From Amphiscolops sp. MND2022 (Eukaryota), in contig OZ076410.1 in assembly GCA_964187785.1 (NCBI GenBank), forward strand, positions 100,750,001 to 100,814,000: a DNA stretch of 64,000 bases, given 5' to 3'. Positions 11,498 to 24,100 of the stretch are shown piece after piece (positions within the stretch are counted from its first letter, which is position 1; each line of letters starts with the position of its first letter). The notes under the pieces are model-generated. The model was not told the origin of the DNA. It ran no database searches and was given only the letters and a program-made list of their open reading frames with translations. The translations under genes were made by a program, and so were the position numbers.

Positions 11498-12006
11498 AGT
11501 CGGCGCTTTATCCTTTTAAGGAAAAATGCCCGACTATTACAGTGGGTAGTTTTTTTCAGTTGACAATCTCATTCTGAGTGGTCCACTTTTTTACAATCTT
11601 TGTTCATTTGTTCAACTAATTTTCTGAGAAGTAAGAGATCGTGGGTTCGATTCTCGCACTAAACCACAAATTTTTTTATGCTTCCAAAAGTAAATGCGAG
11701 ACCAAAGGTTTTTTTCGTTGTGGTTTTTTCGGCACTATGCGACTTTTTTTCGAAAATTTTCGGATTCTATCAAAGGGTACCCCCTTGCATTTTTTTGAAG
11801 TTTTCGGTTTGTAAAAACGTTTAATGAGCCTGAATGGCCTTTTTTTAGTTTTTCGGCATTGTGCGACTTGAAAAAAATTCGAAAAAATTTTTTCAAAAAT
11901 AATTTTTTTGAAAAAAAACGAATTTTTTGCAAATGTTTCCAATAGTTGTTCCTTGAATATTTTTGAGCCTTAGATATGGCGCCGACTTGAGACGATCCCG
12001 TCTTGT
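11498..12006 (+). mobile_element. Helentron-type non-autonomous element (HINE/DINE-1-like), representative copy
   Basis: 5' subTIR AGTCGGCGC (11498) with a nearby partial inverted copy; 3' subTIR GCGCCGACT (11979-11987); hairpin GACG-ATCC-CGTC; end CTTGT; T-rich flanks; no TSD. Confidence 0.7.
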
Positions 12007-12020
12007 TAAGTTTTGCATCC

Positions 12021-12174
12021 CTGGATCCGGCAGATCTGGGCACACTGCCCGGTCTGGATGGCGTCAACGGGGGCTGTTTGAAGTTTTTGGCGGTGCCACA
12101 ACCCACAGAAAGGAGAAGCAAAGACTCAACCACCGCGTCCCGGATAGAAGAGTAAACACGTGGCGAGAAATGGG
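12021..12174 (-). CDS. Dynein exon 17 (AHFSPRVYSSIRDAVVESLL...); donor uncertain
   Basis: Acceptor TTTTTTTCAG with matching phase 1. Donor candidates: TCT/GTGGGT, GCA/GTGTGC, or non-canonical CAG/GGATGC at 12021. Confidence 0.6.
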
Positions 12175-15100
12175 CTGAAAAAAAACGGGAAGAAATAACG
12201 AGAAACCCTAGTTTGGAAGAAAATTAAATCTTGCACTTATCTTGCAAGTTTCTTACAAAATATGTGTTATTTTTGCAAGTTTCTCGCAAGCCGATGTCAA
12301 TCCTGCAAGAATCTTGCAAGGCCATGCAAATCTTGGAAGATGATAAATTAGAACCTTACATCACAGTTATAATAACGTAGTCAAAAACTTCACCAATTGT
12401 CGAAAATGGTCATTTTTCACTGATTCTTGGCCGGTTTTTCCGAAAACAATGTACGCATATGCTCGATTTGGGTTCGTTCGGCCTGATTTCAAAGACTTCA
12501 TCGTGTAGAGAATTAAAAAGGGTTATTTTTTTTCAATGTACATCGAAACTGTGATTCAAATGTTTGTAAAGACAGTTTGGAAGAATAATGCTTTGTGATA
12601 GAATAGTATATCTTCAGTAGTATGTGAATAGAATAGAATAGTACATCTTTTTTTTTGCAACACATTTTCAAGAATTGTATTTTTTCTCAACCTGGGTTGT
12701 AAACAATAACGAGAAAAAAAACAGGAAAAAAGTAAATAGAATGACCAAAGTGTAGATAGTAAATACTATACCAGTGTACTTACATACAGTTCGATATAAC
12801 TATTTAATAACAACAATTTGGTGCATTTTCTTGAAGATTCACAAAATAAGACACAGAATGTTTATGATGCAAAATCTTGTTAAAATTTCGAAATGATGTA
12901 GTACTCCTTTGCGGCTAATGATGAGTCTACTTTTAAAATTAAAAAAGTATATATAAATAAATATTGTAAACCTTGGTAAGTGGAGAAAAATTTGCAGATT
13001 ACTGCATTAATATCACAATGTTAGACATTGCTCGTTGTAAAATGGAATCTTGCAAATGAATGCACGTCAAGAGATACCCCGCGGTGGTGCGTTTCAAAGA
13101 AAAAGGGGAAAGAAAAGTCCAAAAACTTATTTTTAGCATATTGCGGCTAGTAAGTTAAAAAGAAGAGCTTGTAACGAGATCTAAAAAATCCTGAAATTTT
13201 CAAGATTCTAGCTACATTTTCCATGAACTAGGTGTAACAAGGGCTGGTAATGTATTGAGTGCCCCTTTTCAGACCTCATCACAGATGGCTATAAAATCAC
13301 TGACCAGAAAGACCAAAGGTCACTGACCGAAAAGACCAAAGGTCACTGACCGAAAAAATCAAAGGTCACTGACCGAAAAGATGAAAGGTCACTGACCGAA
13401 AAGCTCCTTGAGTCCATTGTCGCTCTCGACGCTGATGTCGAAACCTCGCTCAGAGTTGGTCTCTGACCCGTCATCGTCACTATCAAGAGGATCCTTCTTG
13501 GCTCCTCCCCCGCCTCCTGTAGTCGTAGCTGCTCCCTTGTGGCTCTTTTTCCGGTCAGTGTCCACCTGAGAGACAAGGAAAAAGGTCATCAAGGAAGGTC
13601 ACGGGTCAAAACAATCCGCGAAGGTCACGGGTCAAAAATATCCGCGAAGGTCACGGGTCAAAATATTCCGCGAAGGTCACGGGTCAAAATAATCCGCGAA
13701 GGTCACGGGTCAAAACAATCCGCGAAGGTCACGGGTCAAAAATATCCGCGAAGGTCACGGGTCAAAATATTCCGCGAAGGTCACGGGTCAAAATAATCCG
13801 CGAAGGTTACGGGTCAAAATAATCAGCGAAGGTTACGGGTCAAAATATTCCGCGAAGGTCACGGGTCAAATAAATGCGCGAAGGTCACGGGTCAAAAAAT
13901 CCGCGAAGGTCACGGGTCAAAATATTCCGCGAAGGTTACGGGTCAAAATATTCAGAGAAGGTCACGGGTCAAATAAATGCGCGAAGGTCACGGGTCAAAT
14001 ATATGCGCGAAGGTCACGGGTCAAAAAATCCGCGAAGGTCACGGGTCAAATATTCCGCGAAGGTTACGGGTCAAAATAATCTGCGAAGGTCACGGGTCAA
14101 AATATTCCGCGAAGGTTACGGGTCAAAATATTCCGCGAAGGTCACGGGTCAAAATAATGCACAAAGGTCGTCACGGGTCAAAATAATGCGCGAAGGTCAC
14201 GGGTCAAAATAATCAGCGAAAAGTTACGGGTCAAAATAATCCGCGAAGGTCACGGGTCAAAATATTCCGCGAAAGGTCACGGGTCAAAATAATCCGCGAA
14301 GGTCACGGGTCAAAATGATGCGCGAAGGTCACGGGTCAAAATATTCCGCGAAAGGTCACGGGTCAAAATAATGCGCGAAGGTCACGGGTCAAAATAATCA
14401 GCGAAAGGTTACGGGTCAAAATAATCCGCGAAGGTCACGGGTCAAATAATCCGCGAAGGTCACGGGTCAAAATATTCCGCGAAAGGTCACGGGTCAAAAT
14501 AATCCGCGAAGGTCACGGGTCAAATAATCCGCGAAGGTCACGGGTCAAAATATTCCGCGAAAGGTCACGGGTCAAAATAATCCGCGGAGGTCATGGGCCA
14601 AAATAATGCGCGAAGGTCACGGGTCAAAATGATGCGCGAAGGTCATTGGTCAAAATAATCAGCGAAGGTCACGGGCCAAAATAATTCCCGAAGGTAGCAG
14701 GTCAAAATAATGCGCGAAGGTCACGGGTCAAAATAATCAGCGAAGGTCACGGGCCAAAATAATGCGCGAAGGTCACGTTGCGTAATGGTACATGGGATGC
14801 ATTATTGAATAGTGATGAATTATATATGATACAATCAACTCCGGATAATTCGGATCTTCGTTAAATTCGTCTTCATCTGAAACCCCCATTTCGCGAGGAC
14901 GAATATCATGCTGTAAATTCGTATTTGTCAAAATAGGCCCCTCCGGGGCTCAGTACTATTTCTGCTTTAATCTTTATTTTTTTTGAAACAAAAAAATCAA
15001 TAATAAAAGAATCATATCTGGAATACCAATACACTCCTGTTTAATCATTACTTAGAGCACAATTAATCCCTGTACAAGTTTACACCGCCTTCAATTCTTC

Positions 15101-18100
15101 TCGGACTAAAGAAAATATAACTACTAAGCGTAGACGACGTTTCGCATTCGCATTTGAATGCAGGCGAAGCTCTCAACGAACGAATAATTAACACTCATTC
15201 GCTTCATCTCAATAATTCGGGCAACGAAAGCACAATTACGAACATTCGCTCGCTTCATCTCAATGACGTCAGCATACGAATGGATAATTACCACTCGCTC
15301 GTTCTATCGCACAAGAATTGAATTTAAATCTCTCGCTTACACTCACTGCCGAACAAAATATCTGAATTATTCAGATCGTCCGAAAAATTGTTCTGAAAAA
15401 AAAGTACACGTTTCCAGATTTCAATAATATTCCTGCTAAAGCAGAAATATTAAAAATTAGTACTGTTTTATTCAGTCCCTAGCGATACGAATTAAGAGGA
15501 TTCAACTGCAATAAGCGCTTTAGCGGCCGCCCATGAATGTTTCAGCGATTTCATTAGCGATTCAAATAAGCGGTAACTAATAGAATGTCCAATATCAACT
15601 TTTCCTCAGAGTATACTCGGAGTTTCAAAATGATTTTCAAAAAAATCCAACTCTTACCATTGTAACCCACACAGTAAAAAAATTCCGGTCTGATTTTCTG
15701 GCATAACTAAATTAGGTTATAATTAAATTTTGGAAGATACTTGAAGTCAAAATAGTTTGGAGGAAAACTTTCTCAGCGAAATAGCGATTTTTAAAATAGC
15801 GGTTTAGCGATTAGCGGAAAAATTAGCGATGTCATAACCCTGCTCAAGAAAGTCACGGGAGGTCACAATGGTAAAAGCCAAGAGGTTCGTTGGGAGGTCA
15901 CACGAGTAACCTTTGTGTACACGGTATGACATTTCGATTGCATTGGGTCAGCATTTTTAAAGCAGAAGTATGGCCAACGTTGAGTTAGATAAAAACTAAA
16001 ATAGTCATATGGCAAATGGTTCGCCCCATAGTTTTTAGAAAATAAAAACACGTGGCTATTACAGTGACGGCTCAGGAAAAACAAGCCGGGACCGGCCCAA
16101 GTCGGCGCCATATCTAAGGCTCAAAAATTGTAAAAAGACTTCAAAGTGTCAAGTATTCTCTTCAGCACCCGCATGAAGAAAAAAATGTTCCGATTTTTTT
16201 TCGAAATTTATTTTAAAGTCTCCGGTAAGTCGCATAGTGCCGAGAAATGTAAAAGGGGCCCTTTGGGAGTTTTTGAACATCCATTCTTTTGCAAAATAGA
16301 AAAAAAAAGACGGGACCCTTTGGAGACATTAAAAAATTGCGAAAGTCTCACAAAGCCGAAATAAGCTGCACAAAAAAATTTTCTGTTTTAGTCGGCGTTT
16401 TTCTACGAAAGCGCCGACTAACAAGCCACTGTAAGAGTTAAGTAAGGTAATTCCATTTTGCTTCGAAAAACGCAGGGCCAAAATGAGTGCCAAAAAGTTC
16501 GAATTGACACGAGAGGGTGAACTCTATTTCGATTATTCGAAAGTGGGAAAGAACTGGACCGGACTGGACTGGACTACTGACTTGTGTGGACATGAGCAGC
16601 TGGATGATGTGCAGAATGGTGTTCTGGACCTCGTTTATGTGCTCGAACAGCTGCACGTATCTGTCCTGCACACTAGCCAGCATCTCCCGCGAGAAGTCCT
16701 CTGGATTCCAACACCTGCAACACACAACAACAGTGACTCTGTGTCAGCACATTCTTGCATCTTTTCTGTTAACCACCAATGGTGAGCGCGGAAATGTTAA
16801 TTCCCCCCACCCTGTATCAGCGACGAGTTTCAGTTGCAGTTAGAGTTATAAAATACTGCAGTTTGATTGGTTGTTACTATTAATTCAATTATAATTTCTT
16901 TTGACCGCTTAACTGGGGGGGGATTAAATCGGTGAGGGGGATTAAATCGGTGAGGGGGATTAACAGAAAAGATCCCATTCTGTGGTATTCAAACGTTATT
17001 TGCGGTAATCAGCGCCAGTTGACACCAAAGTTTCTATTATTATATGGTTCCATTGGGACTGTTTTACATATAAAGCATTATAAAGCATAAAAATCCAAGA
17101 CGTCAAAAGTTGAGTTCGGTTTGACCGCATCGTTTAAGGTAGAAGACGCGACAACGACCTTCTCAAGGATGCATTTATTGAGTTTACCAAATAGATTGGG
17201 TACTGAACGAAACTGCAACTTGTACGCTTTTACCAGCGAATGTTTCGAAACACCGCAAAACACGAACAAAAAAATTTGAATCCGTGACATACCGGCTTTG
17301 TACGTAGCTTCCATATTCTTTCCTAAATGTGAAGATCCCCAAAATACAAACTCTAGAACGAATAATATCTCTAGAAGTGTGATTACAGTAATTACAAAGT
17401 CAAATCTTATTCTTTGTATAAAAGAACCGACATTTGAAACACGCTTTCGATATACATTGACAAACACAAAACCCTCTTGAATTTTGTACACAATGAAGAC
17501 TTCGAAATCAGGCCGAACGAAACTAAATTGATCATTGGCGTACATTGTTTTTGAAAAAAAAATGGACAAAATCAGGAAAAATGATCATTTTCGACAATTA
17601 GTAGAGCTTTTGACCATGTTATCATAACTGTGATGCCTTTCAAGATTCTAAATTTTCATTTTGCAAGATTTGTGTGGTCTTGCAAGATTGTTGCAAGACT
17701 GATATCGGCTTGGAAGAAACTTGCAAGATAAGTGCAAAATTTCAATTTCCTCCAAACTAGGGTAAGGAAAAGAAAAATGATTGCAACAGGTCCTAAGAAC
17801 ATTTTTCCACAAAAGAGAACCACTTGGCCTTGATAACGTATCAAAGGCAGGTTGATTCACAGAGTGAGTAACGAAACGTAGGCTGACCTTGAGAACGCGA
17901 GTTGGTGGTCAAACAGCACCATGTCTCTGATGTTATCCAGGGACTTGTCGATCCGGGTCTCGATGAGTTTGAGAACTTTGCGAGCCAGCTTGCGAAATCT
18001 CTGGATCGCCGAATGGACCTGAAGAAGCAACACACGGAAACATTAGGAGGGAATTAGAGTTATCGGGCATTTTCTGCCAACATCTTCAAAGATTCAGACA

Positions 18101-21100
18101 TTTTTTTGCGAGACCTTGCAAGATCAGACATTATTTTCTTCCAATAATGCTTTGTCTTCCAAAATCCTGGAAGTCAAATCCGACAGATTTTTGCAGAAAA
18201 TGTATGGAAGTTCGACTGGGGATGATACGGTGGGATCAAATCACAGTGGGAGATAGGTGAATGATCAATTTACAACAGACAATGTAAAAAAACCACTGAA
18301 TTTCCTCATATTATGACAAACACAAAACATTTCACATGTACGAGGACAGTGTAGAATTTAAATTTAATGAAATAACAGGACAATTATTGTTGATTAATCA
18401 TTATTTAAACCGGTATTCACTCCAACATTTTCGGCTATATTGCGGTCTATCGAGCTGACTTACAAACTTTTCAGTAAAATATTTCTTTAGTCTCTTCTTC
18501 AGTGTATCGTACGTTTGATTTCCATTTTTCATTTTATCAGGCAAGAAGACGATCTACAGAGGTACTACTCTCTTGAACAGACTGTTTCTCATTTGTTCAC
18601 TTCTTGTATGAGCATGATAGTACAATTTCTTGGTTCTTTCTTGACTTGTTATACGGGCGGTTTTTATACTAAGCTGGGGAAAACATGAAGCTGCATGTTC
18701 GTTGATTGTCCAAAACGAACAACTAATATTCTAAACTTTGATACGGAAATTGACAGATCATGAGGTGTCTGGTCGGACCTTTTTAGATTTTTCAGAAAAA
18801 AGTACCCGAATCTTTTACAGAGAGGTTTTTAGTCGGCGCTTTTCTGGGGAAAAGTGCCCAACTCTTACAGTGGCCAATTTTTTTTTTCGTCAGACTACAA
18901 TCTCACTCTGATTGGGCCACTTTTCTTACAATCGAAACTACTAAAACTACTAGCATAAAAGGCCAAGTCCTGTCAGCGGAAATTACTGCAAAAGGGTCCC
19001 GCCTTTCATATTTTACTATTTTACCGTAGCCTACAAAACCGGACGAGACTAAAGGGTCCCCCCTTTCAATTTTTTTTCGGCATTGTGCGACTTTTTTTCA
19101 AAAAATTTTTAATGTCTCAAAAGAGTCCCCCTTTCGAGTTTTTTGATACTTTGCAACAGAATTTATGTTAATAAAGCCCAAAGGGTCCCCCTTTTACATT
19201 TTTCGGCACTATGCGACATTTTCTGAAAGAAAAAAAAATTCAAGTTTTTTTTTAAAAAGTCTTTTGCGCATTTTGAGCCTTAGATATAGCGCCGACTTTA
19301 GACGTTCCCGTCTTGTTTCTCCCAGCCACAACAAAGCTCACACTGACATATCTAGGTTTTGATCAGTTTTGGGGTGCTCTGTGGTTAAATTGCACAGTCA
19401 ATTCTACATTTTCCCACACTTTTGATATAGAATTTCGATTGTGAAAACAAAAGACGGGTGGTAGACATTTCAAAATTTCGGTACTGTGGCACTTTTTTCC
19501 ATTTTCCCTAATGTTGCTAAATGCCCGTCTCCTCTCAGAAGTTTCTGACAGACTTTGCTAACACATGGAATCAGAAAGAGAATCTTACAATATGGTTCTA
19601 CCTCTAGATTCCAGAAACTGTGACATTTCATTTTTATCAGCTCCTAAACTCTCGTGGCTTGGCACTATTCAAGTCTTACCAGGAGCACAAATCTCGGCTA
19701 TTCCCGAACTTTTTCTTCGCATTTTTTACGAAATGCCAGAAAATAAGTTTTCGGCAGCAGAATTGATAACCAAGAAGTTAAAACACTTCGAAACTACAAC
19801 TAGAGTAGCATTCAAAAATATCGCAATTATATTGCTTAAAATGGCAAATTTCAAATCGAAACATTTTGCAAACTGTCACGAATACGAACATTGCTAGCCA
19901 GGAATGAATTTTTTCAGGTAGATTTTTTACAAACAGCCCAAATTCTACTTCAAATTTTCTAAAATTTTCCATTTCCATCTTTCTCAATATGGGTCATAGA
20001 ATTTTCAAACAAACATTTTTATAAACTAGACGAAATTCTAAAACACGTTGGTAACTTTGTTGACTAGCTACATGAACAGTGGCCATTATTCGCAATAGTT
20101 TGTTGAAACTGGAATAACATTCTATGGGAATAAAATCGCTCGAATGATTTCCCGTATCCACAACTCCAATTGTTTGCTTCATGTCAGATTCCTTCGATCG
20201 AATTTCTGGCGGAGTTCCAGAAAGCATCGGTTGCTTTGGCCATTGATTTTCATTAACTCCGAGAAACTCAGGACCTTGCCACCAGAGGTTTGAAGATATG
20301 AAATCCTTTACCTCCATTCCACGAGAAGATAGATCAGCTGGATTTTGTTGCGACGGAATGTGGTTCCATTTTGCTCTAGGCATTGATTCTTGAATCTCGG
20401 ACACTCTGTTTGCAACGAATGTTGTCCATGTGCGTGGTAGTTGATTCAGCCATTGTAACACGATTGTCGAATCTGTCCATGCATGTGTAGAATTGATGGT
20501 TAATTTCGAGGACTGTAGAGACTCAATGACGATACTCATCAATTTGGTTCCCAGTTGTGCTCCACATAACTCCAATCGAGGCAAACTGACTGTTTTCACA
20601 GGTGCCACACGTGTCTTTGCAACCAGAAGTCTCGTTAAAACTGAACCATCCTTAGATTTGATTCTGCTATACACGTTCGCAGAGTAAGCCTTTTCACTTG
20701 CATCTGTGAAAAGATGTAGTTGAAAGTCTTCAATTTCGCCATCAGGCAAAACACAGCGTGGAATGTGAAAACCTTCGAGTTGTTTTAAGCTGGTTCGCGC
20801 TGATAGCCACTCTTCTTTGATGTCAAATGGCAATTCAGAGTCCCAATCAATTCCGAGAATCCAAAGTTTTTGAAGCAGACCTTTATAGCGAATAATTACA
20901 GGACCAAGCCATCCACTAGGATCGAAGAGTTTCGATACGTCTGATAACAAAGTTCTCTTCGTATGTTGTTTGATAGCATCCAGAGTCACATTGAATGTGA
21001 AAGTATCAGGGTTGGGGTTCCAACGGATACCTAGTGTCTTTATATGGTAGTCTTTATCAAGAATTTTTGACGATTCTTCTGTTTCGCGTAATTTTTTAGG

Positions 21101-24100
21101 TAGGGAGAGCGTTATCGATGAGTCACTGCTTGTCCATTTGCGTAGTTCAAATCCATGCTTCTTCAATGCGGCAATCAATTGATGTACTAAAGATGATGCT
21201 GTGTCTTTATCTGGTGCACCTCCAATGAAATCATCGACGTAGAAATCATTGAAAATGGCCAATTGGACTTCTTCATCGGTAGACTTCTTTCCCACTTCCG
21301 GGAGACATCGTATCGAATGATAGGAAGATGACGCGATGCCATAAGTGACCCTCGTCATTGGCAGATGTTTTAGTGGTTCGGAAGGACTATCCCGCCACAA
21401 AATGCGATGAAAGTCTTTATCTTCATCGGCTAATGCAATTTGACGATACATCTTGGCAATGTCACCGGATAAAGCCACCTTGTGTAGTCTAAAACGCAGA
21501 AGTGTCGAGTACAAGTCTGGCTGAAGTTTTGCACCCACCATCAAAGATTCATTCAAGGACTGCCCGGTGCTCGTTTTCGCTGAGCCATCGAAAACAACTC
21601 TTAATTTGGTTGTCGTTGATTCCTCCTTGAAAACGCAATGATGTGGCAAATAATACAGTTGAGATGGATCTTTGTCTATTTCATTAAGTGGTACTTCTTC
21701 TATAAGTCCCAAATCCATGAATTCTCTGATGAAAATTCTGTAACGTTCATGGAGTTCAGGGTCTGCTATCAAACGTCGTTCTAGTGACATGAATCTACGT
21801 CGTGCTTGTGTGAAACTTTCGCCCAGTTTACTAACTTCTGGCTTGAATGGCAGTTTCACCTTGAATCGTCCGTCTTCTGCTTCTTGTGTGGTTTCAAGAA
21901 AATGTTGCTCACACTGCATTTCTTCTGCTGTTAGTTGCTTCGGAGAATGCACTTCCTCAATCTCCCAAAATCTTCTCGAATCAATATCCGTCTTCAGAAT
22001 GGTTACTGAATTCACTGCGGAGGTCGTTTCTCGTGGTAGTTTTCCTGACACAACCCATCCAAAAATGGTGTTCCTCAAATGGAGGCCATTCTCCTCTTCC
22101 AATTTGCCATCCAATACTATGCTTTCGTAGATATCCGATCCCAAAATGATATCAACTCGTCTTGACATCAGGAAGTCTGGATCAGCCAATTTTACCGACC
22201 TTGCATGCAAGCATTGTGCATTGGTGATTGGCTGAGACGGTAGAAATTCAGTCAATTTTGGTCTTACCAGAGCCTTCAAATCCAGTTTTTGGAAATGAGT
22301 AGGGCGAATCTCAAAGTCCACAGAAGACGTACTCACAAATTTAGAACTCACTATGCCGTTCAATTGAAATTGGTGTTCTCTTGAGTTTAAGATTTTGGGC
22401 GCACTCTTCTGTTATCATGCTCAATTGAGCTCCACTGTCAAGCAATGCTCTGCATTGAATTATGGATCCATCGGAGGCAACTACAGGAATTACTGCAGTG
22501 GGAAGGAGAACTGAATTAAATTTCACTGACGAATGGTGTAGATTAGTTTCTTGTATTGTTTTCGACTTGCTGTTGTCGACTTTGTCTGCATGTAACCACG
22601 TGTTGTGATTTTTGTGGCATTTCTTGCACGTCGATGTAGAAGGGCAATCTTTTGTCATATGACCCTCCCCCAAGCAATTGAAACAAAGCTTGGAAGTGTA
22701 TGCTAGATTCCTTTTTTCTGTCAGTGACATTTTCTGGAACTTTTGGCAATTGAAGATCCGATGTGCACCTGAACACGCTGGACAAATTGATGCTGTAGTT
22801 TTATAACTTTGAAATGGATGCGGATTTTTCGGAGAAGTGTGGAAATGTTTTTCCCTCTGCGGTTGTTGATTCTGTTTCATTATATCTGATGCTTCTAATG
22901 CTCGTGCCCGTTTTGCGATGAACTCTCGCAATTCGTTGATTTTCCGAATATTATCCCCTGGGCTATCCAACTCCCATTGCCTTCTTGACTCTGCGTCAAG
23001 TTTTTCAGAGATAATATGTACCCAATAGAAACAATTGAGTGAAGTGTCAATCTTCATGGCCTCCATAGCCATCAAATTTTCGTCCAGCGTTAGTTGTAGA
23101 CGCCTCAAACCTTCTGCAGATTCAGTGCGTAGGCTTGGCGCTTGATGAATTGCCTCCATATGAGCCTTTAGAATCAATCGCTTGTTCGAATACTGATTTT
23201 CAATTAATTCAATGCCAACCTGGTAATTGGATGCTGTCAATGGCAAATGAGCCAATAGTGTTGCTGCTTCGTCCTTTAAAGACGCCTTCAAATAGTTCAA
23301 TTTCTGTATATCGGGTATTGTGTCGTTTTGGTCGACAGCTGCAATGAATTGATCATAGAAGGGAATCCAGTCCTTGTATCGCCCCGAAAACTTCGGTATG
23401 TCAAACTTTGGGATTTTGACTCCCATTGTTCTACTGGTTGTTGGCTGTGGAAAGTGAGAATCAATCGGTTGGGCTGTTGATCTGTCGATGAGACCTTCAA
23501 TTTCCTTTATTTGGGTCTGAAGTTTCACTTCAAATTCATTTCCTGCTTGGAATTCAATATCAAACGCATCGTCACTTTCTTCTGATTTATCAAGGATGAC
23601 TGTGTTGAGTTGTAGGGCGAAAGTCAATTTCGCTTGCATCACTTCAAGCAATGCTCTGAGGGTTGCTAGGTCTTCATTTGTTACGTTGACCGGTGCTTTG
23701 TCTGCAATAGCATTGATTTTGATGGCATTTTTTGTTATAATGCCCGAAATTGCGGACCTTGATCTACGCAGTTGCTCTATAGTTTTAGTTTCAAGTGACA
23801 TCTTGATCGATTTCGAACAGTAATCGTACTTCTGAGTCTGTTCCCGGGTCGTATAGCACCAATAATGTTGCTGGATAGCGTTGACTTTGTAAATTGGTTT
23901 ACAAAAGAAAAATTGAATTTAATCTCAGCATGAAAGTTTCATTCAGTATTGAACTTGCAGTGACGAAAATTTACAAACAACTGAAAAAGGGTGATCAAGT
24001 TTAACAAATTATAATTTCATTCACAATATCACGTTTTCATTTTGTGCGATTGCAAATTAATCAAGTATTGGTTTAGAAAAGTTGGTCTTGACATCTTGAG

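Noticed and set aside
13595-14776. CRISPR-like array, or the RRSRVK-repeat ORFs (13539-14212)
   Set aside because: Units are contiguous with no unique spacers, there are no cas genes and the context is eukaryotic; the ORFs are translations of the satellite.
22341-22363. Programmed gag-pol frameshift
   Set aside because: BEL/Pao gag-pol is typically one ORF, the break falls inside the protease region and I saw no slippery heptamer; more likely a mutation or assembly indel.
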